From Guillardia theta CCMP2712 (taxonomy: Eukaryota > Protista > Cryptophyta), in NCBI RefSeq assembly GCF_000315625.1, contig NW_005434600.1:383521-439076 (forward strand): 55,556 nucleotides of DNA, read 5' to 3'. Positions 12,476 through 24,401 of this stretch are shown here, one piece after another (position 1 is the stretch's first letter; every line of letters starts with the position of its first letter). Under the pieces are notes generated by a model. It was not told the DNA's origin. It made no database searches and saw only the letters and a program-made list of their open reading frames with translations. Position numbers and translations under genes: made by a program.

Positions 12476-14114
12476 CTGTCTTCAGCTTGCTTCCCGCTCT
12501 TGCCATGTCCCCCTGACGTTCGGAACTTGCCTCTACCAGGTAGGTCCTTCCCTTGCTCCTTCCTTCCCCCCTCATCCCCAACACACTTGAGGTAGATCTC
12601 CAGATCGATCTCGCTGGCAGGGTCAGATTGTACTGATGCACATATCAGCCGTACTGATTTAACTTAACATTGAGTAAAGTACTTTGACGTTCATTTGCAA
12701 CTGATTTGCTCGACCAAGTCTTACGAGCAACATCCGATCCTTGTCAAGACTCCTTTGAGTCACGATGACTCGGACGGTCTCCCTCCTCTCAACCGCCACA
12801 TCAGCTGCTGGCGAGTCACGGTGCAAACACCATCTTCTCATATTCAACTGTCGTGGGAAACTCTCGTACTGCATTGTATCGCGCAACATCGTCTCGTCCC
12901 TCCTCTGCAGGCTCTGAAGGAAGTCGGAGAAGCTTTTATTGACTGAAAAAGAAAGGCAAACCGGAGCAAACAAAGGAGGACGAAGATAACCCTGGAGTCA
13001 CGACCACCCTGCGATGATGGAGGACGAAGATATCGACCTTGAACTGCAGATATCGACCTTGAAGCACAGCAAGGTCTGAGAGGATACTGACAGATGCTGC
13101 CAGGATCAGAAGACGGCGATGAACGAGCTAAAGGAGTCGATGGAGGTGAAGTATTCGGAAGCACAGGAAGGCCTGTGACTCCGACGAGAGACAGATAGAT
13201 GCTGCCAGGATCAGAAGGCGTTTGCAAACGTGCTCAAGTAGTCGATAGAAGTCTCCATTGCAAAACCGATATCGACCTTGACCAAGGTCTTCTGCTCCAA
13301 CAAATCCATCATCCTCATTTCAATGTTATCTTTGAACCTGTAAGGATACAAGGCCCGGCAATTGGCAGCCATGCGCTTACGGAACATCAGGTGGTCGACA
13401 TTGACGATGGTTTTCAGGTCCTTGCTCTCTTTGAATCGCGACGATGATGAGATGCATTCATTTGCCTTTGTCTCCCCCACCTTGCACCCACCTATCTCCC
13501 AGCTCAGCGCTTGGCCTGGAGCGCCAGACGAACATTGCTCGCCAAGTTTCCTCCCAACCACCGGGCAACCAACCCAACAAGAGGAGGACCAACACCGTCC
13601 ACTGGAAGATGAAGACAACCAAGAAACAACCAGCATGATCATGCAATCTCCGTCTCAACTGTGTGCAGCTTCTTCTTGTATCGTTCCAAGATCACTTGTA
13701 GCATTGGTTACACAACATATAATGGGGTATCATGCCAAAGAGAGCAGTTAAGAATACAAGTAAGAACGCATAAGAGACACCAGACCCCTTCACGCTTCGC
13801 AGGAACCCCATCACCGCCGAATCGCTCTGGTTCCTGATCCTCGTCATGCTGATGATCCTGGCCCTGCAAGTGTTTGCCCTCCTGCTGGCCAGCAACGTGG
13901 TCAGGCCCGAGATGATCCTCAAGGCAGTCCCATCAGCCCCTTGGAGCGACAGCCCCTTGGAGCGACACAGCCCATATAAGACGGCTGTTTGATCAGTCAT
14001 ACAACCAGTATGACCATCAGTATGACGTTCTTAGCATCGACCCCTTGGATGTCATCAACCGGGTCTATGGCACAGACCTGACCCACGCGCAGCTACAAGT
14101 AACTTCACACTTGC

Positions 14115-14340
14115 ACTCGACCAAGGGTCCCGGTCCCTGTTCCATGCTATGGTCTTGCCTTGACTCAGCATGCTTGACTTGTGCATCTCGAAGAGCTGCT
14201 TCAGATCGTGTCCAAGTCTAAGAAGAGCACGGCCTCGTACTGGGACACGCTGAAGATGTGCAGCTTCGCAGAGATGTGTGAGTAGTATCTCTTGACCTTG
14301 GGATGTGGACGATGCTGCATATCTTCTGTATGACCATGTT
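14115..14340 (-). pseudogene. Glycosyltransferase family 8-like relic
   Basis: YYSHISAKLHIFSVSQYEAVLFLDLDT (GT8 KLxxF...FLDxD motif) stops at TGA 14201-14203 and continues in another frame as DLKQLFEMHKSSMLSQGKTIAWNRD. Confidence 0.6.
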
Positions 14341-14718
14341 GCAGAGGTTCCCCTTCACGATGCTCTTCTTCTGCAAGCACATGGTGTTGACGGCATCGCC
14401 TTCGGTGGGCAAGGATTTCTGTACGAGGAGGGCAGCTATTTCTTCTCTATTTCAGGGGTATCAATTCTTTTGCTGCCTCCATGCAGTTTGCGTGCGGGGA
14501 TGGGGTAGAGGACCGTGGCGAGGGCCAGAGGACAGAGGGGGAAGATGAGCGAAGTAAGAGGAAGAGGAGAGCATGGTAGAAACAGAAGCAATGCTGTAAG
14601 TGGACGACAGCTGAATAGGCTTGAGCAGAGCAAGGGGAGGGAAGGATTTGTTGAGAGAAATGTCCGACCAGCGTCACGTGTTGGCTGACTTGTCTGCTGC
14701 GCTAGAACACGCTGGCGC

Positions 14719-17700
14719 ATGGAGGAGTTGAGGGGACAGATCGACGAATTCTGTTCGCTGACTGCAGAGCAGAAGTCCGCAGGTTAATCTTGAAGTTTCT
14801 AACTTGGACGCTCATGTTTGTTGATACCTAAATTTGTTACCAGAGCGTTGTTTGGCCAGCATTGTAGAGAAGCTGAAAGGGTTTCGCTGCAAGTCTCACG
14901 TCCTCTGCTGACTGACTTCTCGTTTTCTCAGGAAGTCTTTGACCATCTTGAGGGTTGTGGAACAGGCTCAGTCAGCGCTCACCAATGAAAACAACGAAGT
15001 TCGGAATCGAGGCATCATGGTGACCGTGGCATGCGGACCGAACTTGACACTGACGCGGGTGAACAGCTCCTTAACGAGGCCATCTCAGCATCTGTAACAC
15101 TCGCCTCCTCTCCTCTTCTTCACTCTTACTCATTCCTTGCTCAGCCCGTCTCCGATCCCCAGTCGAAGAGCTCCCTCATCCAGTTCTACGGAGATCGCTT
15201 GCAAGACGAGCCCTGCGTCAAGGAGGTTCTGCGAGGCCTCAAGCTCTTGATAGAGTCCCTGGATGGGCCTCTCAGCGATGATCTGAGGAGAGCAGCGACG
15301 CATGCCGTCGTCGGCGTCTTGAAGTACGTGCACGTACAGTCTCTTGCCCTCAGTGACCGACACAAGGCGTTCGGGTTAGTGGAGGAGGCGCTGGGGAGGT
15401 TGGAGTTGCCCCTGAGCGAGCAGGATGTGGATGTTCTTGAGTGTTGGGTGCAATGCATGAACGGAGAGAGGGATCCTAGGAACCTCTTGCTCTGCTTCAG
15501 GCTGATCCCAAGGATAGCTGCTAAGTTCCTCACGAACAAGGACAAGGCGGAGGATTTCTTCAACGTGTTCTCCTGCTACTTCCCCATCACCTTCACTCCT
15601 CCCCCGGACGACAAGGTTGGGATCTCAGCAGACATGCTGCGAGAAGCTCTGCTCGAGTGCATGACCTGTCACTTCTTGCTCATCCCCTTCTCCTTGGACC
15701 TTGCGCTGTCAAAGCTCGCGGAGGCTGAGTCGACAGGCTGCAGGTTGGACTCTCTCGACCTGCTTGCAACTCTCGCGACCAAGCATGGAGTGCAGGGATC
15801 CTTGGGACACGATGGCTGCCAGCAGGTCTGGTCGTCCCTCCGCCTTCAGATCGTAGACAGCAGCGAGCAGGAAGTCCAAGAACGAGCGCGGTCCTGCCTG
15901 CGGCATATTCTACGGATCGCGGCAGAGGAGGTTGGGGACGAGAGGCAGGAAGCGACTGGCTCAAGTTGCCTGCACACCATCATGAAAACCTTGAAGATGC
16001 AGACGACGGTCGACCTCAAGACCCCGCAGGAGCTCCGGAGCAGGAAAGGCCTCTCAACTGTCCTCTGCGCCGTTTCTGCTCATCCCGTCTCGGCCAAGTT
16101 CGTCCTGCATGACTCGCTGTACGCGTTGAGAGATATTGTGCTCGCTTCAGGCGGCGAGAGCGGCTTCGCTCGGATGTATGCTGCGCTCCAAGTCATCCAT
16201 GAGATCTTATTGAGCTCGCGATCCCTGTGGATGTACATGAAAGGCAGACCGGCTGCTGGGGGGAAGCATCCCCTGTCAGAGGTGTCAAAGGATACTTTTG
16301 ACACGTTGACCTCTGTCTTCGTCCACGACTCCTTTGCAGGAGAGGAGTCGTCAAAGTTGAAGCAGACTTCCCTTCAGAGCATCTGCGAGCTGATCCCTGT
16401 CATGGGCGGCGAAGACGATGTCAGACGAGCCTTCGACATGTTGGTCGGGGAATTTGTTGCTCTCTGCCGCAGTCAGGATGAGCGTCTGGTATCGATCAAG
16501 CGGCTGGTATCTAGTTGTCTCGCCATGATGGAGGAGGAGGATCACCCGGCTGCAATCTCGACCTTGTCTGGTTTCACGGCTCTCTGTCTCAACGACGATG
16601 CGCTATGGGGCCACGGGCTGGAAGTCCTGCGGTCCTCGTTTGCTGTGAGTGTAAGAGTAGCGAGAGCAGCTCTTGACATTCTCCTGGAGGCTCGGAGGAG
16701 GGAAGGGGTAGCCGGCAGGCAGAAGCTGATCTTTCAGGGTCTGCTGTCTGTGATTGACGCGGTCAGACTGAGGCACAACGGCGTCTCGCCTGGAGGTGGA
16801 GGAGATGACGTGGCAGTCAAGGAGGAGTGTGTCTCCATTGGCTCTCTCTTCGCCACCAAGATTGTTCCCGAGCTAGTCGCAGATCTCTCTTGCGATCAGC
16901 TCCAATCCTCCTCGTTTGCCGGCTGCTTCGAGCCGCTGGCTGGGATGATTCGCGCGACTCTGGAGCTCGTTGGTGAGGGGGGAGGTAGCAAGGAGTTGGT
17001 GTCGCTCCTGCTGGACAAGTACTCGACTCCGATAGCTCCGTCGGGCTTTTCCTGCGAGCAGCTCAAGATAATTCAGTCTGTTTTCATGTCGGCGGTCCAT
17101 GCAGACCTGCGATTCTTGGATGAAAGCAAGCGGGGGTTTGTGAGGAACTTGGCCGCAAGTTTGCTAGACGGGTTTGACTTCTCCCAAGAGGACCCGGGAG
17201 ACTGCAGGAAGAGCATCGTGGCGAGTGTGATGAACAAGCTGGACGGCGAGGTTTTTGAGAGCATGTATCAGTTCATAGTAGAGCAAACTCTCCTACCCAA
17301 AGTCAAGGAGGAAAAGTTTGCGTGGTCAGCCAACCAATTCCTCGCATGGATCGCCAAGGCTCTGGTCTGCCGTGGGCACCCGAAAGGGCAAGTGATTGTC
17401 GAAATTTTCCGGGGCTATCTGACCGAGAGCAACGAGGTTTGTGCTCGATGTGGGTGACAGGTGACAGGCTGCGTCAGTGACTGCTGGGTGTTCAGGCCAA
17501 GTATGGGGTCATCGGGTATCAGGTCTTGGGATCGAGAGATCTGGACAAAGACTTCTCGAAGCAGAACCACTTCATCTGCAAGCCTCTGTGGAGGCAGAGG
17601 TTCTTCAGCCAGGTGAGGACGAGCTGAGGTGTAGCTGGGCAGTCTCAAAGCTGGTGGCAGGAGCTTCACTTCCTTGCCAACGGCTACACGAGGGCATCGT

Positions 17701-18528
17701 CGGGATCGAAGGCACGTCTGACTTCTTTTTTCCCCCGTCCATCTCATGTCATCGCAGGAGTTCTTCTTGATGGCGCTTGTTCATCTCCTCCATGGCACGC
17801 CCGTAGAGGCAGTCGCGCTCGAAGCTCCTCGAGTCATCCCTCTCCTTGTCCAGGTGCCTCCCCCTCCCTCTCCCGCTCCCCCTCACCAGTTCTCTCATCC
17901 CACTCCTCCTCCTCGCAATCCCTTGCCTTCCTCCTCTTGGTAAGCCATGCTGCTGCTTCTCCTGACGCAAGTCTGACAGGCGCTCAACTGCCCGGCCAAG
18001 GAGACGAAAGTTGCTGCCCTTGAACTTCTCTTCAGTTTCATCGATCAAGACTCGAAGCCGAACCCTGGCAGTGACAGCACGAGCTTCATGGAGGGGCAGG
18101 TGGGCTACTAGCGTGACTGAATTTCACGTGGTGGTGACTGTTGTCATCAGCTTTCTACGTTGATCCAGGCGCTGCTGGACTGCTCCTCCTTCTCCGAGTC
18201 TCTGATAGTCAGCCATTAGTTGCTCTCACATTGGTCTTGCTTACACCGCATCAGGTCCGATGCAGAGCGCTTGACTGTTTGTCACGAGTGCCCAAGATCG
18301 CTTCATACCACAAGGTTTATCCGTTCCGAACGCAGGTGAGCCGTGGAGGGACCAGCAGCTTCGATGAACCATGATGTCAGGTGACGCGAGCATTGGGGAA
18401 AGTCTTGAGTGATCACAAGCGATGCGTTCGACTACGAGGGGCAAACTGCAGTAAGTCTTGTTTCCGCGAGATTACTGCTTGATGAGATGGCTACAGGAAA
18501 TGTTTGGTTTATGTTAACAAGTAAATGA
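14719..18528 (+). CDS. MMS19: MMS19/MET18 cytosolic Fe-S assembly component
   Basis: Conserved MNGERDPRNLL and FSCYFPITFTPPPDD; C-terminal WIAKALVCRGHP, VRCRALDCL and LSDHKRCVR...RNVW; one large exon at about 15067-17436. Confidence 0.92.
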
Positions 18529-18564
18529 GTGATCTCATGCTTTGTGACGGTCAGACCAGTCGTC

Positions 18565-18800
18565 GTCGTCATCATCATCACCATCACCATCACCACCACC
18601 ATCACCATCACCATCACCATCACCATCACCATCATCATCACCATCATCATCATCATCACCATCACCATCATCATCACCATCACCATCACCATCACCACCA
18701 CCATCACCATCACCATCACCATCACCATCACCATCACCATCATCATCACCATCATCATCACCATCACCATCACCATCACCATCATCATCACCATCACCAT
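18565..18800. repeat. (CAT/CAC)n microsatellite
   Basis: Directly visible; it produces spurious poly-His and poly-MV ORFs. Confidence 0.95.
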
Positions 18801-19005
18801 CGATACTCCAAGCATTATCAACAGGATCACCTCAAAGCCATGGCAGGCCTTCGCTGGTGTCCGTAGTGGTGACCGAGCCTGTAAGTGTACTACGGTAGCC
18901 TACTAGACTGAGAGTTTTTTTAGAGCAGTAGCATGAACAAAAAAAACGTCAAAAGTTGACGCACCGCAGGTTGCTGGTAGACTGATCATGGGGTAGGGGG
19001 TTGAG

Positions 19006-20493
19006 ATGCTGCGGCTGGGGAAGGATAGGAGCATCTCCGACTACCTGGAGAGAGTCAAGGACCGCAGGGAGCTCATCAGCCGCAAGTTCGGGTCCGACGG
19101 TCACGAGGTCAAGGTAGAGCAGATCCGAAGCTCCATGAGGTACCGCGAGTTCGAAATGACGAAGCTGAGGTACCAGCACAACGTTGCGTCCGCTCTTAGG
19201 AAGGACGACAAGGAGTCGAGACAGCCCAGCTCGGGTCGAGCTGACTTCTCGTCCCTCCGCTACCACCGAGAGAGACGGATCTCATCGCATCATCCGCCTT
19301 CGTCCTCCTCGCCTTCCCGTGACCTCCCTCCTAGCACTGACCAGATTCGCGATCGAGTGGTGGGACTGCGCAATGTCGGTCACTCGTCGTCTCTCAGTGA
19401 GCTGATTGATGAGCTGCCAGTTTCTCACCTGACCCGCCGCCATCAGGTTTGTACTTTTCAGCCCGAGATTCAGAATGGAAGGGCAGAAACTCGAGATTCA
19501 TGTAGGCGACAGCTCAGATGTGTGATGATGATGATGCTGTTGCTGCAGGCAGTACATGGAGAGCAAGCACATGCTCTCAGATCGAGGCGTTCATAGGAAC
19601 ACCTCCCCCGACATGTTTCTCCCGGATAGCCTCCGTGACGACTTGGTTTCTGTGCGGTGCTTGACTGATTGTTGGGCCACAGGAAGAGAACTGAAACAAG
19701 TATGGCAGGAGCCCTCACGGCGAAAGAGGAATGAGGGAAGAAGCAGAAAAGAAAAGAGAAACTTTTAAAGGGCCGCACTCCAAATGGAATACCTCCCTAC
19801 GTCACAGTTACAGTGATCTCTCAATTTTCCCAGATGAATTTCAAATCAACAAAGCGTCGGTAAGTGAAGATTACTACATTCCTTGTTTCATCGATGATTC
19901 CATGTTGCTTGTTTCTACTCAAGACTCTCTTATTGATTTTTGTTTTCTGCTGAAATCTCACATCTTTCCACCGCATCTTTGCAATTCATCAGTGACATGT
20001 CAAACAGCAGGCTGAGGATTACTTCACCACCTCATCGCGGCTGTCAGAGGAAGCAAGATCTGTTTTCAACAAGTCACCCACGGACTTTGACAGATCTCCC
20101 CGCCATGTCCGAGACAGATGGCCTGGCCCCCTCCTTCGCTTCAGAAGCAAGTCAGCCGAGCCTGCCCCATTCCTAGGCCAGGCAGCTCGGCAGGAGCTGT
20201 ACGAGCCTTTCCGCAAGACGTCGCAGACTAGTCATGATGCGACTTACGGGCCGAGGGCCGAGTCTCTTGCCCCCCCCATCCCGATCAAGGGGCGGCGCCA
20301 TGCCGGCTCGTACAAGTACATCCTGACACACAGCCAGTCGTCGGCAGCTCGGATGAAGCTGACCCACGAGCAAGGCCCCAGGCTAAACGACTTGAACCTC
20401 GCCATGGCGTCAGAGTGCTCGTACAGCATGGAGGACGCAGATGCGACGGATGCAAGTGGCGTGGGGAAGATCAAAGTGGCCATTGTCAAGTAA
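19006..20493 (+). CDS. Hypothetical protein (multi-exon)
   Basis: Coding-like exons MLRLGKDRSISDYLERVKDRRELISRKF... to ...GVGKIKVAIVK* separated by GT-AG introns; no domain recognised. Confidence 0.5.
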
Positions 20494-21389
20494 GTCTGCG
20501 CTAGATCAAGAGTCGTCTCAGTGAGATTTTGATGCTTCCAGGAAAGACGAAGGGGAAGAAAACCAGCAACTGCAGTCAGCAGTGGGCCGAGACGAGGAGA
20601 TGGCGTTGGAGGTCAGAGATCAGGTTTGCCGAACTTGCCTTGTCATCGCCATCGCCCTTCCTCTTTCTCAAATACTTTCGTGACAGGAGCTGGAAAATCT
20701 TTACAATCAGTTCTCCACATTCTCTTTCAGCGATCGCAGTCAGTTCTTGGCGGTCCTCCGAGCTCGCCTCAATTCTTGCTTGACTCTCTCTGGCACAGGC
20801 TCTGCCGCGAGATCGTCGGATCGCCCTTCTTCACCGGCAGCGGATGGAACTAGAGTAGCAACAAGAAATTGCTTCCAAGTTAGTCACTCAGTGAGCAAAT
20901 ACAAAGCCTTCCAGCCTCGACAACCTCGGAGCCACAGAGTACTACTACTGCCGGGCACACGGGTACCAGGTACTTGTTTACTCAAAGTTAAGTCAAAAAT
21001 CAGTACGAGGACACTACTACGGCAAGGGCCGAATGTGATGACTCGTGTCCCCGACTCCGACACTGACAGGCGGCGGGCCCCGGCACGGGGCCACCGATCA
21101 GGGTGTGGGTCACCAGGTCTCACAGCTAGTCCCTTTATATGAACCCTAAACCCACCCTTCTCCCCCTGGATCCGCACAATCACTCACGACACCCCACCCT
21201 CTCCTTCAAAAGTACACCACCGGTGAGATTAGCTGTTTTAAAGTATGATAAGGGTGGGTCATCAGATATTGTTTTGTACCCCACCCTGATTCCATTCATA
21301 TAAAGACCCTACCCTCAACTGCATGACCCCTTTGCTGACCACCCTACCACCTGTTGTGCTCTTTCAGCCCCCATTCCCTCTGATCCTGC

Positions 21390-22269
21390 ATGATGCGCGC
21401 AATCGCAATGCTGTCGCTCGCCGCCTCCTCGTCGGCCTTCCTCGTCTCCCCCTCGCTCCCCTCCTCCAGCCCTGCCAGACTCACCACGTCTGCTCGCCCC
21501 TCCCTCCGTCTTGCTGGTCCTCGCATGCAGGCAGGAGAGGCAGAGGCGCCGAAGGTGATCGGGGCGGATGCCGAGGCGCTTTCACAAGGGTTCCAACACC
21601 CTCCTGCGGTCCTCATGGACGGAGACATCAGGAAGATCCTTCCCCACAGGTCAAAACTTCTCTCGCACACTTCCTCATCTCCTCTCTCAGCTTCTCTCTG
21701 ACCCCTCACAGGTATCCCTTCCTCCTCGTCGACAAGGTCTTGAAGCTGGTTCCCGGCGAAATGGCTGTCGGGGTCAAATGCATCACCGCCAACGAGCCTC
21801 AGTTCACCGGCCACTTCCCTGACCGCCCCATCATGCCTGGCGTCATGCAGATCGAGGCCATGGCCCAGCTCGGCGGCATCGTTGCCCTTCAGGTGGAGCC
21901 TTGTTGACACTTTCGGGGCTGATAAGCTTTCACAGCCTCCTCTCGCTGAGCCAGGACAAGACTTTCTTTTCGGCGGCGTTGACAACGTCAAGTGGAGGAA
22001 GCCGCTCGTTCCCGGCGACGTGCTCGTGATGGAGATGCATGTGACCAACTACAAGAAGAAGTTCGGGATTTGCAAGATGAGCGTGAGGAGCTTTGTGAGA
22101 CGATGATGATCGTGCTTCCTTATGCTTTTTGTGATGTCTCAGGGCAAGGGATACGTTGATGGCAAGGTTGCTGTTGAGGTAGCAGCGAGTGCTGGATGAG
22201 ACATGTCGTTCTTGACGTGTTTGAGAACAGGGAGACTTCACCTTCGCATTGTTGAAGGACAAGAAGTAG
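21390..22269 (+). CDS. fabZ: Plastid 3-hydroxyacyl-ACP dehydratase
   Basis: [46 protein letters not shown] and [13 protein letters not shown]; bipartite leader [21 protein letters not shown]. Confidence 0.96.
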
Positions 22270-22334
22270 GCAAGATATCGGTCAACATCAAACCATCAGC
22301 CGTCAAGAGAAGTGAGTGTAAACTACAAAAGGTT

Positions 22335-23850
22335 TCATGGCGCTCCATGTGGAAGCGGAGGCACGTCCAGCTCACGCCTCAACTGCGGCCCTCCGTCAGA
22401 ACGGCAAAGTGAAACTCAAGGGAAAGTTTTTCACATTTTCGATATCGCGATCGAGAAGTTTCTCATAATACAAATTCATGAAGAAGGGAACCTGTCACGT
22501 AAGAAGGTCACGCTGAAAGAAAAGCTCGTACCAAGCGCATCGCATCTTGTGACATCCTTCCACATCACCCCGCACTAGCAAGTCGCCGCAAGACAAGGGG
22601 CCTTACCTGCACTGACGCCCTCAGCGCCCATGGCACCCACTCTGTCGCTAATCGAACTCTGTCGGAAACTGAAATCCTCAACGGCCCGACGGTGGCGCTG
22701 CAGTCATGGTGAGGAGACGCCAGGGAAGGGCTGGAGGGGAACTTGTGTACCTGAGGAGACAGACGGGAAGTCCCGTCTGAAGAAGCTCGAACCATTTCTA
22801 TACGTTACCAGCGTCAGCAATCTTTTTCCCCGCCCCCCGCCCCCCGCCCCTTCGCCCTGTCCGTGTCCGTATCTCATCCTCTGTCCTCACCTGCACTATC
22901 TCTCCCTCTACTGAAGTTCCCAACCCCGTCAGGACATGCACGAAGTCGTGAACCTCTCTGTGCCCATGTGAGTGCCGAACAAGACAAGGAAGCCGTTTGA
23001 CACAGTCGGACCTGTATCGCAGCATGATGTACGCTAGCTCGGGATCGTCCACAAACCTGCAACGGAAGGTCAAGGGCTTCATTTCAATCATCAACTAGTA
23101 GGACCTCACGCATGGGCGTTCTTGAGGTGAAAACCCACGAGAGCTCATGAATTCGAAGTAAGCTCTTCCCAGACTGGCACACTGTCATGCGAGTGCAAGC
23201 AGCATTCTGTCGAAATTTGATGTACCTCCCCTCCTTGTATGAGCCCATCTTTTCAAGCTCAACGAAATCTCTCAAGATAGCTGCAAACGCAAGTCAGTGA
23301 ACAATCGCACGACTTGATACGACAGAAGGCAACAGCTCACGTTTCTCTTTCAAAATCTGCCTGCCCGACTCATCGCTGAGCATTCTACGACGTATGTTCC
23401 TTAGAGCTGACATGTGAAGATCTCAAGTCAGTCCGAGAGCAGTGACAAGGCTCAAGTCAACCTGGGACTCCCGTAGTGTCTCCTAGAGCAGCAACAAGAT
23501 CCGCCCTCTCTGATAAGTGGAATAATGTGACAAGAGCACCTCCGTCTATAGACGTGAATACCAGGATTCCTGAGCGCTCCAACAGCAGACGAAGAAGCGA
23601 TGAACATCTGGTAATGGTGAGCTAGAAACCAGCTCACTTGTCAGACTGCCTACCTTCTCCCACAGAGAGGTCGGGATATGCTGATCCCAGCCGTGAGTTT
23701 GTCCTGTCTTGCAAGTCACTCTCACGTAGCAGACATGCATCTTGACTACCGCGATGGGAAAGGAGCCTTCTCCCCAGGCGGCTTGCTGAGTGAACATGTG
23801 TTCTCACCGCAAAACAGCTCTTTGCTGAGGCTACAACGTCTGTCCAATAG
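22335..23850 (-). CDS. COQ4: Ubiquinone biosynthesis protein COQ4 (5' end uncertain)
   Basis: Spliced motifs HIPTSLWEK, AVGALRNP, ERADLVAALGDTTG, FVDDPELAYIMLRY, VHDFVHVLTGLGTSVEGEI (HDxxH...E), WFELLQTGLP, VGPLR and FMNLYYEK. Confidence 0.9.
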
Positions 23851-23929
23851 TTCAGTCCAAGCCACCAGCACGGCAAAGCCAAGAGGAAGAGGAGGAGGGG
23901 GACGGTGAGAAGCAAAATGACGAAACAAG

Positions 23930-24182
23930 ATGAAGGAGGAGGCGGGGGAAGAGCAGGAGGAGGAGCAGGAGTAGGCGAAGGAGAAGGTGGAGGATGAGAA
24001 TGAGGATGAGGATGAGGATGAGGATGAGGAGGAGGATGATGATGAGGAGGATGAGTAGGAGGAGGAGGAGAAGGATGAGGAGGAGGATGATGATGAGGAG
24101 GATGAGTAGGAGGAGGAGGAGGAGGAGGAGGAGGAGGAGGAGGAGGAGGAGGAGGAGGAGGAGGAGGAGGAGGAGGAGGAGG
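23930..24182. repeat. (GGA)n/(GAT)n microsatellite
   Basis: Directly visible. Confidence 0.95.
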
Positions 24183-24268
24183 GGAGCACGAGTTGATGTT
24201 GCTCACTCCGCATTGCTTAGGGGTTTTCGTGGCGAACCTTTTTTTGAAACTTCAAAAGCAACTGCTGA

Positions 24269-24368
24269 NNNNNNNNNNNNNNNNNNNNNNNNNNNNNNNN
24301 NNNNNNNNNNNNNNNNNNNNNNNNNNNNNNNNNNNNNNNNNNNNNNNNNNNNNNNNNNNNNNNNNNNN
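24269..24368. other. Assembly gap (100 N)
   Basis: Run of N. Confidence 1.
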
Positions 24369-24401
24369 TCTGGTCTGAGTCGTTTGTATTCACTTGCAGG
24401 A

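Noticed and set aside
18432-18906. Poly-His / poly-MV / poly-IT ORFs
   Set aside because: Translations of a (CAT/CAC)n microsatellite downstream of the MMS19 stop.
20880-21140. GC-rich GGCCCCGG-type patches (also ~36000-36550, ~45140-45300) resembling dispersed repeat relics
   Set aside because: No alignable copies or termini could be established within the window.
23634-24213. Poly-Pro/Ser/Arg ORFs
   Set aside because: Products of a (GGA)n microsatellite next to an assembly gap.
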